Below, piece after piece: positions 46,206 to 55,281 of a DNA stretch of 64,000 nt (its first letter is position 1; each line of letters starts with the position of its first letter). A model generated the notes under the pieces. The model worked only from the letters and a program-made list of their open reading frames with translations. It was not told the DNA's origin and did not search any database. The stretch lies in the IMG/VR virus record IMGVR_UViG_3300032007_000010, one strand, 5' to 3'. The position numbers and the translations under genes are program-made. This DNA is from a virus (taxonomy: Duplodnaviria; Caudoviricetes).

Positions 46206-49200
46206 ATGATCAAACTGCAAATGGTGCCCCCATTCAGGGTAAACAGGGTGGTTCCTCCCGTGATCATGCCGGAGAATCCCGGAGATCGTAAAAAGTACCA
46301 AGCTTTCATGGTTCTTGCTCCAAGCCCGGAGCAGGAATTGAATTTTCTTTCGAACAGTTCCTTGCTGCGCTTCAGAAATCTCACGAGATATTTTGTCCCG
46401 AAGCGCTGGAGTCACACCTTCAAGGGACGCGGCGTGGTTGTGTCTAAACCGAATGCAAACGGTGAATACACGGCCCTTTTGAACCAGTATCGAAGAGGAA
46501 ATCTCAGGGGCATCGATGATGTCTCTTCGTTTTTGCCGAGCGCGACAAGTCGAACTCTCATGAAGGGTTACAACCTGCTCCTGGAATGCAATCATGTGAC
46601 CCGTGATATCATGAATAACCCCAAGGATCATCGCCCCATGTATCTGAGGGCCCAGGAAATCTTCGATGAGTGGGTGAAGATCCATGACAGTGCGTCGGTG
46701 AATGGTGGTGATGCGAACTATCTCGGCGCATACAACGTCGACGTGGTCATCCCAATGAATCTCTGGTTCGGGAAGGCTGACTATGCCAATCCGGCGAAGA
46801 TATTCAAGAGGACACCATCGAATACCAACATCATGAGCTATATCATCCAGCTCCTCATAGACCCGATCAACGCCAAACATTTTGGGCGTATCCACTTCAT
46901 CAGCGATGATCTGGTCATGACCTTTGATACGGCGAACTATCCAAACGCCTGGACGAAGAAGGGTAGGATTGAGGAGGAAGCTCACAGTCTCTTTGTGAAA
47001 TTTCTCACAAAGTGCAATGGCAGCATCGATGTCGATGATGAATTGCTTTCCCAGAGTTCGGAGGATGAGGAGCCGAAGACCTTCGATCAGCGCGTGCGCA
47101 TGATCGCCGCCGATCGTCGTGCGAAACAGCTCATGGGAAAGGATCCGGAAGGATCGATGGACGTGACAGATGATGAACCCACTGCGCCGACCATCCCAGT
47201 CCAGAAGAAAACAACTCCAACCTCGGTGTATCAGACACGGGTTAGGCAGCAGGAGCTCCAGCGAGCGCGCGAAGATATCATCGGCCAGCGAAGGGATGAA
47301 TCCCGGGGTCGATACCTCGATGCAAAGACCGATGTGGTCGTCGATACCTTGCTCAAGAAGGTTGGTGCGGATCTCGATGACCAGGAGACGCGCGACGCCG
47401 TCAAGAACGTTGTGCTGAAGAACATCGATGTTGGCAAGGTTCCCATCCAGCGTGATCCGGTGAGTGGGGATCCGGTGGCCATCCTTTCGCATCCTGTCTT
47501 TGATGTGGATCTGCACTCCGCCGAAGACGTGGATGCGCTGCTCGCCGCAAAAACGGCCGGGAATTCTGTGCAATCCAACAAGCGCGACGAGATGCTTCGG
47601 GAGAAGTACAAGGAACTCAACATAGGTGACGTTCCTCTCAAGGATGTGCTCGAACATCAGGCTCAGCTCAAGATCCCGGAGAGCACCATTCCGGCCAGGA
47701 CGGTCAACGAAGACATGAAGACCAACTCATTCAACAACTTCGAGAAGGCCTACATGCAGAATCTCTTTTCGTATGACCTGTCGCGCATCCTCATGCACTT
47801 CAGCCATGTGAACCCGGCAATGTATCTGTACAAAGACATCCAGGTAGAGGATGTTTCCACACCGACGGATCGAATGATCCGTTACACGGTGAACTACGAG
47901 GATACGACCCGCAAACGTCATCGGTTCAGCTTCCTGCTCCCGAAGATGTATAACTACAAGTATCTCTATCTCAATGACCAGAAGATGAATATCAGTCACC
48001 AGAAGCTTCCGTTCCCCGTGACCAAGGTCTCTCCGGATAAGTGTCAGCTTGTTTCCAACTACAACAAGATCTTCACCGAACGCTATGGTGGGAACCTTTC
48101 TCCGCTGATCACCAAGCTCAAGAAGATCTTCGGCGGACCCGAAGCGCCGAATGGTTCCATCGTCACCAAGGGTAACTCCAATCCGCTCAACAAAAACCGA
48201 ATGACAACCATCGAGTATGATGATATCGGATCGATCATCACCCAGATTCGCATGGGCGATCGCCGCAACGATACCACCATATACTTCATCGTGGATGAGG
48301 CGGCGACGGTGATCGATCAGAGCTGGATTGCGAAGGCTCCCGTGCGTGCCGAGATGCGTGAGCACGGCGATACCGCCGATGATTGTTTCCCACTGGCGGT
48401 GCGACATTACCCGAACAAGCAGGTGACCTACTATTTCCTTTCTGGAAGGTCCAATCATGTCTATGCGTGCGGTCCCAATCAGAATGGCGATCCGGCCGGT
48501 GGCGAAGATTGTGGTGAGCTCGCGGAATTTCTGGCGGAGCTGAGCGCCGAAGTTGGCATCATCTCCAGGGAAATGCTGAAGGAGACCACCTCCGGTTCTC
48601 GTTTTGTCTACTCGCGTTCCAAGGCGATGAATCAGTGGATCCCGACGGTTCTGCTCTGTGCGGCGGCCGATCCGGGTGGGCTCACGGCGGTGCTCGAAAA
48701 GGCGCAGATTGAGTTCGAATTCGTGGAGAAGAAACCGACGCTCGGCGACGAGAAGGCCTGCATCGCCTTCGCGGATGGTTATCTGGTATATAACCGGTAT
48801 CCCTACGAGAATTCGTTGCTCCTCAACGGTCTCAACACGTTCCCCACGAAGAACTACTCGTTCTACGATATGGACACCTTCGATGCCTACGTGCAGATCT
48901 TTGACACTATGTTTGGTGCCAGATATCTCAACGAAGGTCTCCGTAATTTCTACTATCTTTTCGTGGATCCCATCACCGAGGATATCCTGGCGCGTCTCAA
49001 GATGCCAACGGATTTTACCAGACTCATGCTCTATTGCAATGATGTCCTCGCGGACAACCATTACCAGATCGACAGCGATTATCACAACAGTCGCATACGC
49101 TCCAACGAGATCATCCTCGCGCATCTCTACTACGAGCTTGCGAGTGCCTGGGGCAAATATCGCACCGGTCGCGCCGAATCTTTCTCGATCCCCGAAAACT

Positions 49201-50765
49201 GTGTGATTAAGTATCTGCTCACGGCCAACATCGTGGATCCGCATTCCGAGCTCAATATTGTGCTCGAGCTCGAGAATGATCGCCTCGTGAAGCTCAAGGG
49301 TCCGTCCGGCATGAATGAGGATCATTCTTTCACCATCGAGAAGCGCGCCTATCATCCCTCCATGAAGGGTGTGGTTGGCATGAACTCGGTTCCGTCGGGC
49401 GAGGTTGGAATCGGTAGACATATGGTGATAAATCCCAATGTGGTGGATGCTCGCGGTTTCATGGATCTGGATAAGAAAGATTATTCCGGTTCCCAGATGG
49501 TAACTCCCGGAGAGGCCATGCAGGTTTTCAGTCCAGAGTCTTCGGATATTGAGCGTCTGGCCATGGCCATCTCCCAGACCAAGCACGTGGTACCTGTTGT
49601 CGACACCGGATCCTGCCCAATCTCGTATGACATGGAGCGTGTGATCCCGTACTACTCCAACGATTTTGCTCGCACCGCAGAAAAGGATGGGACCGTGGTG
49701 TCCATCTCCAACGAGATTTTGATCATCAGGTATGATGATGGAACCATCGAGGATGTGGATCTCTCCAAGAGACCTGCCAAGAACACTGATGGTGGATTTT
49801 TCGTGATGAACCAGATGATAACCAGACTCAAACCCGGAGACAAGGTCACCAAGGGTCAGCTCATCGCCTGGGATCCGAAATACATCAACGAAAAGGATAT
49901 GTTCCATGATCCGCTCGCCAACCTCGGAACCATGGCAAGGGTTGCGGTCGAGACAAACGGTGGTGTCTTCGAGGATTCCTGCTTCATCACAAACAAGTTC
50001 GCACATCGCATCGCCACAAAGATCACACGCCAAAAGAGAGTCATCCTCTCCAAGTATGCGAATGTTAAACACATGGTGAAGCTTGGGCAGGATATCGGAG
50101 CCAATGAGGCGCTGCTGACCTTCGATGACACCGAGGATGCGTTCACCTCGCAGATGCTCGCGGCCATGGCCGATGAGGCGGGGGATGAGGACGAGGTCAT
50201 CGCCACCAACGCTCCGGTTATTTCCAAGATATCCGGAAAGGTTGTGGATATCCAGATCTTCTACACCGCTGACCCCAACGAGATGACACCGTCGCTGCGT
50301 GCGGTGATCGAAGACTATGCAAAACGGGTGGCCAAGCGCGAAAACAGTCTCGAGAAGTACACTTCCACGCTGGATTCGAAAACCATCATTCATCCCTCCG
50401 AGCGATTGATCCCCGATTCCAATGGAAAGGTCAAGGGTGTGAAACTCCCCGATGGAATCATGATCGACTTCTACATCGAATATGAAGATGTGGCCTCGGC
50501 CGGTGATAAGGTTTCCTTCCATAGTGCCATGAAGGGTATCATCTCCAATATCATCCCGGACGAGCTAGCACCCTATCCGATCGATGATCCCGAGCATCCG
50601 ATCGAGCTCGATGTGTCCTGTATCGGCATCTACAAAAGAATGCTGAACGATGTGATCAAGCTCGGTCTGACCTGCAACCTGGTCATCGATAAAAAATATC
50701 AGCTCCGGGACAAGTATGGTTCTCGGATCAAGGAAGAACTCGCAAAATACAGAAACGCAAAATGA
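46206..50765 (+). CDS. rpoB: Phage multisubunit RNAP beta subunit (probably virion RNAP)
   Basis: GPSGMN…RAYHPS, PSGEVGIGRHM, RLAMAISQTKH, FEDSCFI, GDKVSFHSAMKGIIS, IYKRM. Confidence 0.9.
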   Translation: MIKLQMVPPFRVNRVVPPVIMPENPGDRKKYQAFMVLAPSPEQELNFLSNSSLLRFRNLTRYFVPKRWSHTFKGRGVVVSKPNANGEYTALLNQYRRGNLRGIDDVSSFLPSATSRTLMKGYNLLLECNHVTRDIMNNPKDHRPMYLRAQEIFDEWVKIHDSASVNGGDANYLGAYNVDVVIPMNLWFGKADYANPAKIFKRTPSNTNIMSYIIQLLIDPINAKHFGRIHFISDDLVMTFDTANYPNAWTKKGRIEEEAHSLFVKFLTKCNGSIDVDDELLSQSSEDEEPKTFDQRVRMIAADRRAKQLMGKDPEGSMDVTDDEPTAPTIPVQKKTTPTSVYQTRVRQQELQRAREDIIGQRRDESRGRYLDAKTDVVVDTLLKKVGADLDDQETRDAVKNVVLKNIDVGKVPIQRDPVSGDPVAILSHPVFDVDLHSAEDVDALLAAKTAGNSVQSNKRDEMLREKYKELNIGDVPLKDVLEHQAQLKIPESTIPARTVNEDMKTNSFNNFEKAYMQNLFSYDLSRILMHFSHVNPAMYLYKDIQVEDVSTPTDRMIRYTVNYEDTTRKRHRFSFLLPKMYNYKYLYLNDQKMNISHQKLPFPVTKVSPDKCQLVSNYNKIFTERYGGNLSPLITKLKKIFGGPEAPNGSIVTKGNSNPLNKNRMTTIEYDDIGSIITQIRMGDRRNDTTIYFIVDEAATVIDQSWIAKAPVRAEMREHGDTADDCFPLAVRHYPNKQVTYYFLSGRSNHVYACGPNQNGDPAGGEDCGELAEFLAELSAEVGIISREMLKETTSGSRFVYSRSKAMNQWIPTVLLCAAADPGGLTAVLEKAQIEFEFVEKKPTLGDEKACIAFADGYLVYNRYPYENSLLLNGLNTFPTKNYSFYDMDTFDAYVQIFDTMFGARYLNEGLRNFYYLFVDPITEDILARLKMPTDFTRLMLYCNDVLADNHYQIDSDYHNSRIRSNEIILAHLYYELASAWGKYRTGRAESFSIPENCVIKYLLTANIVDPHSELNIVLELENDRLVKLKGPSGMNEDHSFTIEKRAYHPSMKGVVGMNSVPSGEVGIGRHMVINPNVVDARGFMDLDKKDYSGSQMVTPGEAMQVFSPESSDIERLAMAISQTKHVVPVVDTGSCPISYDMERVIPYYSNDFARTAEKDGTVVSISNEILIIRYDDGTIEDVDLSKRPAKNTDGGFFVMNQMITRLKPGDKVTKGQLIAWDPKYINEKDMFHDPLANLGTMARVAVETNGGVFEDSCFITNKFAHRIATKITRQKRVILSKYANVKHMVKLGQDIGANEALLTFDDTEDAFTSQMLAAMADEAGDEDEVIATNAPVISKISGKVVDIQIFYTADPNEMTPSLRAVIEDYAKRVAKRENSLEKYTSTLDSKTIIHPSERLIPDSNGKVKGVKLPDGIMIDFYIEYEDVASAGDKVSFHSAMKGIISNIIPDELAPYPIDDPEHPIELDVSCIGIYKRMLNDVIKLGLTCNLVIDKKYQLRDKYGSRIKEELAKYRNAK

Positions 50766-50766
50766 T

Positions 50767-50803
50767 AAAAAGAAACCCCTCCATGATCGGAGGGGTTTCT
50801 TCT
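50767..50803. terminator. Bidirectional terminator
   Basis: AGAAACCCCTCC-atgatc-GGAGGGGTTTCT. Confidence 0.85.
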
Positions 50804-50819
50804 CTGCATTGTGTTCCGT

Positions 50820-51167
50820 TCATTGATGCGACTTCTGGTAGTCATTCCAGAGCCGCTCGAACATGGTCATCGGATTTACCACCAAGAAATTCGCAGTCTC
50901 CGACTCCATGCGCTGATGTTTTTCGAAGACACGACCCGCGATGGATATCGTACAGTATCTGAAATACCACTGTTCCCGCATCCACTCATGACGACTCATC
51001 TTCTCACCGACATCGCCGTAGAGGTGATCATAGTCCTCACTGTACTCATCGTAGAGTTCGGAGAGCTTGTCGAATCGGCGCTGCCACTTTCTGAGAGTAC
51101 TCTCGACGAGGTTCTTGCGGATGGCATCCATGTTCGCCCTGCGATCTTTCACTGTTTTCTTTGACAT
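50820..51167 (-). CDS. Hypothetical protein
   Basis: AAGGGG RBS, own class I promoter. Confidence 0.7.
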   Translation of the reverse strand: MSKKTVKDRRANMDAIRKNLVESTLRKWQRRFDKLSELYDEYSEDYDHLYGDVGEKMSRHEWMREQWYFRYCTISIAGRVFEKHQRMESETANFLVVNPMTMFERLWNDYQKSHQ

Positions 51168-51216
51168 GACGTTTATCCCCTTTCTGAAATCATAGCATTG
51201 TCTGCTTCCTTCACAG

Positions 51217-51228
51217 CTATGATATATG
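51217..51228 (-). promoter_or_regulatory. Class I promoter CATATATCATAG
   Basis: Followed by CTG-TGAAGGAAGCA. Confidence 0.7.
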
Positions 51229-51254
51229 ATTCCGGAGGCAGATAAAACCAGAAA

Positions 51255-51953
51255 TCAGATCAATTCCTTGAACTCGAAGTATCTGAGCACCTCGTTGAGA
51301 TCGCCCTTGAAGGCCATGCTCGATCCGTCCTCGAACATGACCATGGTCTTGACCTTGCACTCGAATATGCTGTAGCAACAGCACGCCGCCTGGATCTCCA
51401 TCACTCCATCGATGAGCTGGCGATAGTAGTTGATGAAGTGCATGAGCTCACCGATGGTGCTGATGTCTTCGACAAGATCATACACGGTATACAGGTCTTC
51501 GTCACCATCGTAGGATGCGTCCATGCGATATTTGATCGACATCTTTTCTATGGTGGCAAGACGAAGGTAGGTGTTGATCGGAATTTTGGTATAGATACCA
51601 CCGATGCCACTCTGGATAAGAATCATCGCATCCTTGTGCTTTTCGGAGAATTTTTCGAGCTTTGAGTGCATCATGCGGGTGTTGAACGGTTTGAGCTTTT
51701 CTCCGTTCGCCGAAATGAGATAGTTCTCGGATTTGAGAAAATGGAACTCTTGAATTCGGCGATTGTCGATCTTGCGCTTCTTCAGCCGCTTGAAGAGTTC
51801 GTGCTTCCAGCCGCCCTTCTTGTACGGGTTGCCCTTCTGGTGTTTGTTCTTTTCCTTCTGTCTGTCTTCTTTTTCGACGCGTTTCCTATCCTCTGGTGTG
51901 CGCTTGATGAGCGTGTAGAATCCGTCGGAATCTCTGTACTTATCCTTGGCCAT
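51255..51953 (-). CDS. Hypothetical protein, basic N-terminus
   Basis: AAGGAG RBS, 232 aa. Confidence 0.75.
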   Translation of the reverse strand: MAKDKYRDSDGFYTLIKRTPEDRKRVEKEDRQKEKNKHQKGNPYKKGGWKHELFKRLKKRKIDNRRIQEFHFLKSENYLISANGEKLKPFNTRMMHSKLEKFSEKHKDAMILIQSGIGGIYTKIPINTYLRLATIEKMSIKYRMDASYDGDEDLYTVYDLVEDISTIGELMHFINYYRQLIDGVMEIQAACCCYSIFECKVKTMVMFEDGSSMAFKGDLNEVLRYFEFKELI

Positions 51954-52599
51954 GTCTTTTCTCCTTCATGTATTGCAGTGCATCAAAATAGGATCTGCTG
52001 TGCTGTTGCGTGGAATTCCTGGCATGGAGATATGCCGCATAGTCATCGATGATTCGATATATCTCTTCCCAGCTGTGGGCTCGGATGACCGTGGATGTGG
52101 GTCCCTTATCTATGTCGGAGGACCGGTTGTGTGGCATATCTGGCATGATCCCAAGATAGTCACCGAGGAGATTGTGTGGACCATCGTCAACCATGACATC
52201 GCACCGAAGCAACGATTTGTTCCAGATATTCATGATGTTGCGCTCGTTCACGAATGGGAAAAGTTTCAGGAACATATCATAGACCTTGGCATGCCAGCTG
52301 ACATGCTCGGCCGCGGTTGCGAAGTAGATCTCGTGGCCATCGTCCATGAGTCTTCGCAGATATATGTCCGCTTCGGGGACCATCTCCACACCCTTCCAGA
52401 ATCCCGGACGACGGAGGGGTTCGATGATCTCATCGTAGCTATGTCCCGGAAATACCTCAGACAATTCCCAGCTGGTCCAGTCCTCGACGGTCATATCGAG
52501 TCCAAACATGCGATTGGTGTGTGCCACCCAGGCCCTGGTGAGCTGTTCGACCGTGTCGTCCATGTCGACACAGACTATCAGTTTTCTGCGATCTTTCAT
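51940..52599 (-). CDS. 5'(3')-deoxyribonucleotidase (NT5C, HAD family)
   Basis: VDMDDTV, PGFW, FATA, K..L..DVMVDDGPHNL, PHNR, SWEEI. Confidence 0.9.
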   Translation of the reverse strand: MKDRRKLIVCVDMDDTVEQLTRAWVAHTNRMFGLDMTVEDWTSWELSEVFPGHSYDEIIEPLRRPGFWKGVEMVPEADIYLRRLMDDGHEIYFATAAEHVSWHAKVYDMFLKLFPFVNERNIMNIWNKSLLRCDVMVDDGPHNLLGDYLGIMPDMPHNRSSDIDKGPTSTVIRAHSWEEIYRIIDDYAAYLHARNSTQQHSRSYFDALQYMKEKRHGQG

Positions 52600-53330
52600 T
52601 GTCCACCTCCCAAATTCATCAACACACGCAAACTACCATCAACGCTCATGTACCGATCCAGCACCACAAACCCGTCATCGTCGCGGTTCGCCGGAAAGCT
52701 CGCGATGGATAGATTGGCTCCGCCGTGTCTTTTCCGCTCCTTGTCCCACCACAGATACACACGCGCATTGTATATTCTGTTACCCACCGGGAAATCTCTG
52801 ATACCCTTCGGGTCGAGCTTCAGCTTGCCATATCCCGGGAGACGTATGTGCCCATTGCCGAACACCTGTGATTCGATGTCATAGGTGGAGCGGATGTGCA
52901 TGTATGGATATTTGAGGTTGTAGATTCTCCAGAGCTTATGATCATACAGGCTCCAGCGAATCTTCTCGATGGTATCAAAGCGCTCGAGATGATGCTGCAC
53001 ATACTTTTTCATGTGGACCATCATGCTCTCGCCGAATTCCAGATGATCGATGAGCATGGTCTTGGACATGTTCTCCGTCACATGCTCATCAAGGAAGTAG
53101 AACCCGAGGTTGTCCCAGGCCTCGTTCCCATACTCCCGAGCCCGTTTGCATTTTCGACTGCGCAGCGTGCGAATTATGTTTCCCTCCATGTAGTTGGCAT
53201 AGATCTGGTCGTAGGCACGCTGGAGTTCGCCGAGATCATCGAGCTCGCGGTCGTCCAGCTCGATGGCGATGGAATGGTAGGTCAGTGATCTATAATTTTT
53301 ATGGTCATTGCCGTGACGCATAATACTCAC
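52596..53330 (-). CDS. TnpB-like protein retaining only the N-terminal (WED/REC) part; no RuvC or Zn finger
   Basis: TYHSIAIELDDRELDDL…YDQIY matches the IS605 OrfB HTH layout; GHIRLPGYGKLKL…RIYNARV matches the TnpB I.LPK.G.VK motif; 244 aa. Confidence 0.55.
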   Translation of the reverse strand: MSIMRHGNDHKNYRSLTYHSIAIELDDRELDDLGELQRAYDQIYANYMEGNIIRTLRSRKCKRAREYGNEAWDNLGFYFLDEHVTENMSKTMLIDHLEFGESMMVHMKKYVQHHLERFDTIEKIRWSLYDHKLWRIYNLKYPYMHIRSTYDIESQVFGNGHIRLPGYGKLKLDPKGIRDFPVGNRIYNARVYLWWDKERKRHGGANLSIASFPANRDDDGFVVLDRYMSVDGSLRVLMNLGGGQ

Positions 53331-53422
53331 TCCGTTCGTTGTCGATTATTATACTGTAATCGACCCTGTACTTTTCGAAAATATTTTTCATCAAAATTTC
53401 GTATTTATATTATTAAATAAAA

Positions 53423-53755
53423 TGATCAGTGAACAACGGTCTCCCTCTCCGGTCACCGCTCGGATTTTTGCTCTCCAAAAATGCTCGGGTTCCCCGGGGC
53501 CTTACGTACTGGGGAGACGTATCCCGTTCGAGAAACATGTATCTCGGACGATGTGCTCACATCGGTGGTATGACAGAGTCAATCTGTCACCATGACAGTC
53601 GATGGATCGTACGCCGTGTGGCTGCCGAAGGCCGAGCCCATCATCCTACGATACTTCTATGAAATAATGCGCGGCGAAATCTGCCATGGCGTTCCTTGGT
53701 GTACAAAATGATCCGATGAACATGATTGTAACCAAATATCCTTTCCTGATCAGGA
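53423..53755 (+). ncRNA. Candidate structured non-coding RNA or long structured leader (~330 nt)
   Basis: At least 7 consecutive hairpins in the largest intergenic gap; G.U pairs favour + strand; TTTATATTATTA at 53404-53415. Confidence 0.55.
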
Positions 53756-53766
53756 GGTGCCAGAGT

Positions 53767-54312
53767 ATGTTGTATGTGATAACCAGCAATGATGTTCCGA
53801 TCCGAAGTGTCCATGACTACACCGGTGGCTACGAACTATCGTTGCTCCATCAATTTTCGAGTCCCGTGATGCCCGGGAAGATGATCTCATCCTATGATCT
53901 GTTCGTGCAGGATGAAACCTCGCTCGAGGATGGACTCGATTCCTCACATCTGATCGACATCGAAGTGCACGAAAGTCCATCCATCTTCTCCTCGCTCGAG
54001 GAGATGTCGGAGCTACTGCGTGCCGCCGAGCTGAGCGAGGAAGAGAAGGACGAAGATATCAGATCGGAGATCCGAGTTGTGTGCGCTTGCAAGTACCAGT
54101 GGAACAAGGAGATCACCAGGCAACTCGGATCCTATCTCGGTGATCGAGACTCGGAGATCATTCTGATCAACCTGTTTACCGAGTTTCACATACCCTCGAT
54201 GGATCGTCTGGCCAATACGCTGAAAACCACGTTGAACACCACCTTCATCTATCCAGACGATCCCATCTCCTTCGGCTACGCGCTCTACCAGGCGCTGGGA
54301 GGACTGCTATGA
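53767..54312 (+). CDS. Hypothetical acidic protein (181 aa, start 53767)
   Basis: AGGAGGTG RBS before ATG 53767; ATG 53686 has no RBS. Confidence 0.75.
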   Translation: MLYVITSNDVPIRSVHDYTGGYELSLLHQFSSPVMPGKMISSYDLFVQDETSLEDGLDSSHLIDIEVHESPSIFSSLEEMSELLRAAELSEEEKDEDIRSEIRVVCACKYQWNKEITRQLGSYLGDRDSEIILINLFTEFHIPSMDRLANTLKTTLNTTFIYPDDPISFGYALYQALGGLL

Positions 54313-55115
54313 GAGTGCCCAAGGTTCACTATAACCAGGACCTGTCCGATCAGCATCGGAACTCTGCCCCCGGCCCCGCCCGCGAAGCGAACTCGGCGGT
54401 GGCCCTCAGCAAGATACGGCGCGAGGAGTGGAAGGACAAGAAGATGTACGAGTCGGCCCAGGTCACGCTGAAGCCATCCGAATATGTGGACGATGTCTCC
54501 ATGTTCGAGGATGATCCGAAGGAACTCCACAAGTTCGTGGTCAGGACCAAGTTTCTGATCCGAGGGTCCTGGGAGTACACCCAGCTCATGTCGTTTCTCA
54601 AGAAATATCGTGGCATGTATTGCTGTGGCGTGCACAACAACGTCAAGAAATGGGACGGCTTCGACATCTCCATTCACCACCTCGGTCTAACCATCGAGGA
54701 CATCATCTACATCGTTATCAACAAGAGACTCAAGCGCGGCGAGGATCTCAAGCAATCGTCGATCGGAAAGGAGGTCATGTTCGATCACTACATCGGACTG
54801 GTATCCCTCTATCCACTCTGTGACATATGTCACTCGTACATCCACGGCGACAGCAACGATCTCTTCATACCCTTCGATGTGGCCTTCGGCGATCCCGAGG
54901 CTTTCTTCGAGATCTACGACGAATACATCCCCGAGGCCCTCAAGAGCAAGTTCAGAAACATCGTCGAGATGACCAAGGGGTACAACATCATCAAGAACGA
55001 GATACCGGACGAGCTCCGCAAGCATCTGATCTACATCGATTCCGATGCTCAGATCCCCGGGGTGTCCAAGACCAAGCTCTACGACCTCATCACGAACCTA
55101 TCCAAACCCGATTGA
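54309..55115 (+). CDS. HNH-like (beta-beta-alpha-metal) nuclease-fold protein
   Basis: CC…ISIHH…YPLCDICHSYIH. Confidence 0.65.
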   Translation: MRVPKVHYNQDLSDQHRNSAPGPAREANSAVALSKIRREEWKDKKMYESAQVTLKPSEYVDDVSMFEDDPKELHKFVVRTKFLIRGSWEYTQLMSFLKKYRGMYCCGVHNNVKKWDGFDISIHHLGLTIEDIIYIVINKRLKRGEDLKQSSIGKEVMFDHYIGLVSLYPLCDICHSYIHGDSNDLFIPFDVAFGDPEAFFEIYDEYIPEALKSKFRNIVEMTKGYNIIKNEIPDELRKHLIYIDSDAQIPGVSKTKLYDLITNLSKPD

Positions 55116-55133
55116 TTTTATACGGATCGATCA

Positions 55134-55145
55134 AACAATCATATA
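55134..55145 (+). promoter_or_regulatory. Class II promoter AACA-ATCA-TATA
   Basis: Exact motif, directly upstream of a terminator hairpin. Confidence 0.5.
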
Positions 55146-55158
55146 CCGCTACTCTCGG

Positions 55159-55200
55159 AAGACCATGGGACCCATTTTCCACGGGGCCTCATGGTCTTTT
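55159..55200 (+). terminator. Intrinsic terminator
   Basis: AAGACCATG…CATGGTCTTTT. Confidence 0.7.
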
Positions 55201-55217
55201 CTCATTTCCCGATGAAC

Positions 55218-55229
55218 TATATACTATAG
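55218..55229 (+). promoter_or_regulatory. Class I promoter TATATACTATAG
   Basis: Followed by N3-CGA. Confidence 0.7.
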
Positions 55230-55281
55230 AGTCGATATGAAGATTCGGACACAGATAAGAAAAGAAGGGAAGTGACCATTC

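Noticed and set aside
47727-50522. 931-aa antisense ORF, and similar long ones at 20179-21945, 22021-23487, 17527-18933, 60404-61744 and 7096-8349
   Set aside because: Shadow frames of strongly codon-biased genes; no RBS and atypical composition
52596-53330. Active IS200/IS605 transposon
   Set aside because: No tnpA, no RuvC and no recognisable IS ends
53491-53521. Pseudoknot between loop UACGU and downstream ACGUA
   Set aside because: A 1-nt linker cannot span a 7-bp stem; at most an alternative hairpin
53429-53662. 77-aa ORF in the structured region, and the 53686 start of the next gene
   Set aside because: No RBS for either; a strong RBS supports ATG 53767
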